A DNA stretch of 61,107 nucleotides, the filler included, from Sphacelaria rigidula (Eukaryota), in NCBI GenBank assembly GCA_964200075.2. It is 9 parts of 9 records of this genome, joined end to end, with 100 filler letters (N's around TTAATTAATTAA, not from the genome) between each part and the next. Parts side by side here need not be neighbours in the genome. Positions count along the whole stretch, not along the records: positions 54,408 to 61,107 come from CAXNAA020018533.1; 8 more parts are not named here. One strand, written 5' to 3'. The translations under genes and the position numbers were made by a program. The notes beneath the pieces are model-generated. The model saw only the letters and a program-made list of their open reading frames with translations, had not been told where the DNA came from and did not search any database. How positions within the stretch are numbered: position 1 is the first letter of the stretch; each line of letters opens with the position of its first letter. Of the stretch, positions 60,538-61,107 are shown one piece after another.

Positions 60538-61107
60538 TCTGCACTGGTCTGAACACAAGTGATAGAGTGCAGCACACCATATACTGTGGTTGGAGACTAC
60601 GCACCACCCGCATCAGTGACGCCTGTAGCTGCACAACGTGCTCGATGCACAGCAGCAACGTGCAAGGTGATATGGCACACCGCAGAACGTGACATCCTTC
60701 GTATATCTCTGTCCTGCAGTAATTTCCACCTGTCTTCCGCAGTTCACCGCAACATGTACCCAGCCGCTTCTGCTACCGTTCATGTCTACGAGTAATATCG
60801 CCCGTCGCAGGTCCAGATTTTTGTAACCCGGCAGTCTTGCAGCTGTACTCGACAACAGATTTCAGTACTGTGCGCAGAACACTTTTCATCAATCTGAACA
60901 GAAGTATCTTGTCCATCTTGGTACAATTTCACATATAAACCCCGTCTGCACTGGTCTGAACACAAGTGATACAGTACAGTACACCATATACTGTGGTTGG
61001 AGACTACGCACCACCCGCATCAGTGACGCCTGTAGCTGCACAACGTGCTCGATGCACAGCAGCAACGTGCAAGGTGATATGGCACACCGCAGAACGTGAC
61101 ATCCTTC
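60538..61107 (+). repeat. Near-identical direct repeat, 407-bp period, cut by the window end
   Basis: 60538-60700 is repeated at 60945-61107 with only about three substitutions, all near the start. Confidence 0.92.

Overview
Eukaryotic, repeat-rich DNA, most likely from a brown alga or related stramenopile (inferred from long GT-AG introns, short exons, CCCTAA-type tracts and the style of the Gypsy elements). It is not one locus. Nine unrelated contigs of 6700-6702 bp, sorted by length, are joined by eight artificial 100-bp N44-TTAATTAATTAA-N44 linkers, so no synteny should be read across them. Contig 1 is a decayed Ty3/Gypsy pol (protease-RT-RNaseH-integrase). Its integrase ends in a chromodomain plus a second Tudor/PWWP-like barrel, is split by a 254-bp MITE with a GCCC target duplication, and is followed by an exon-like 3' repeat array. 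Host genes: three exons of a C-terminal UBA protein (UBAC2/Dsc2-like by inference), three exons of a METTL21-family (PF10294-type) methyltransferase and two exons of an unknown protein. Also present: an internally deleted Gypsy with a PBS, many MITEs (TA-, TTAA- and TWA-type), two SINE families and LINE-type 3' tails that seed microsatellites. Best leads: a ~286-nt pre-miRNA-like hairpin with strand-biased G.U pairs (21470-21755), the dual-reader integrase, the exon-like Gypsy 3' array and a ~360-bp-arm inverted duplication centred on a retroposon tail. No rRNA, intact tRNA or CRISPR array was found.
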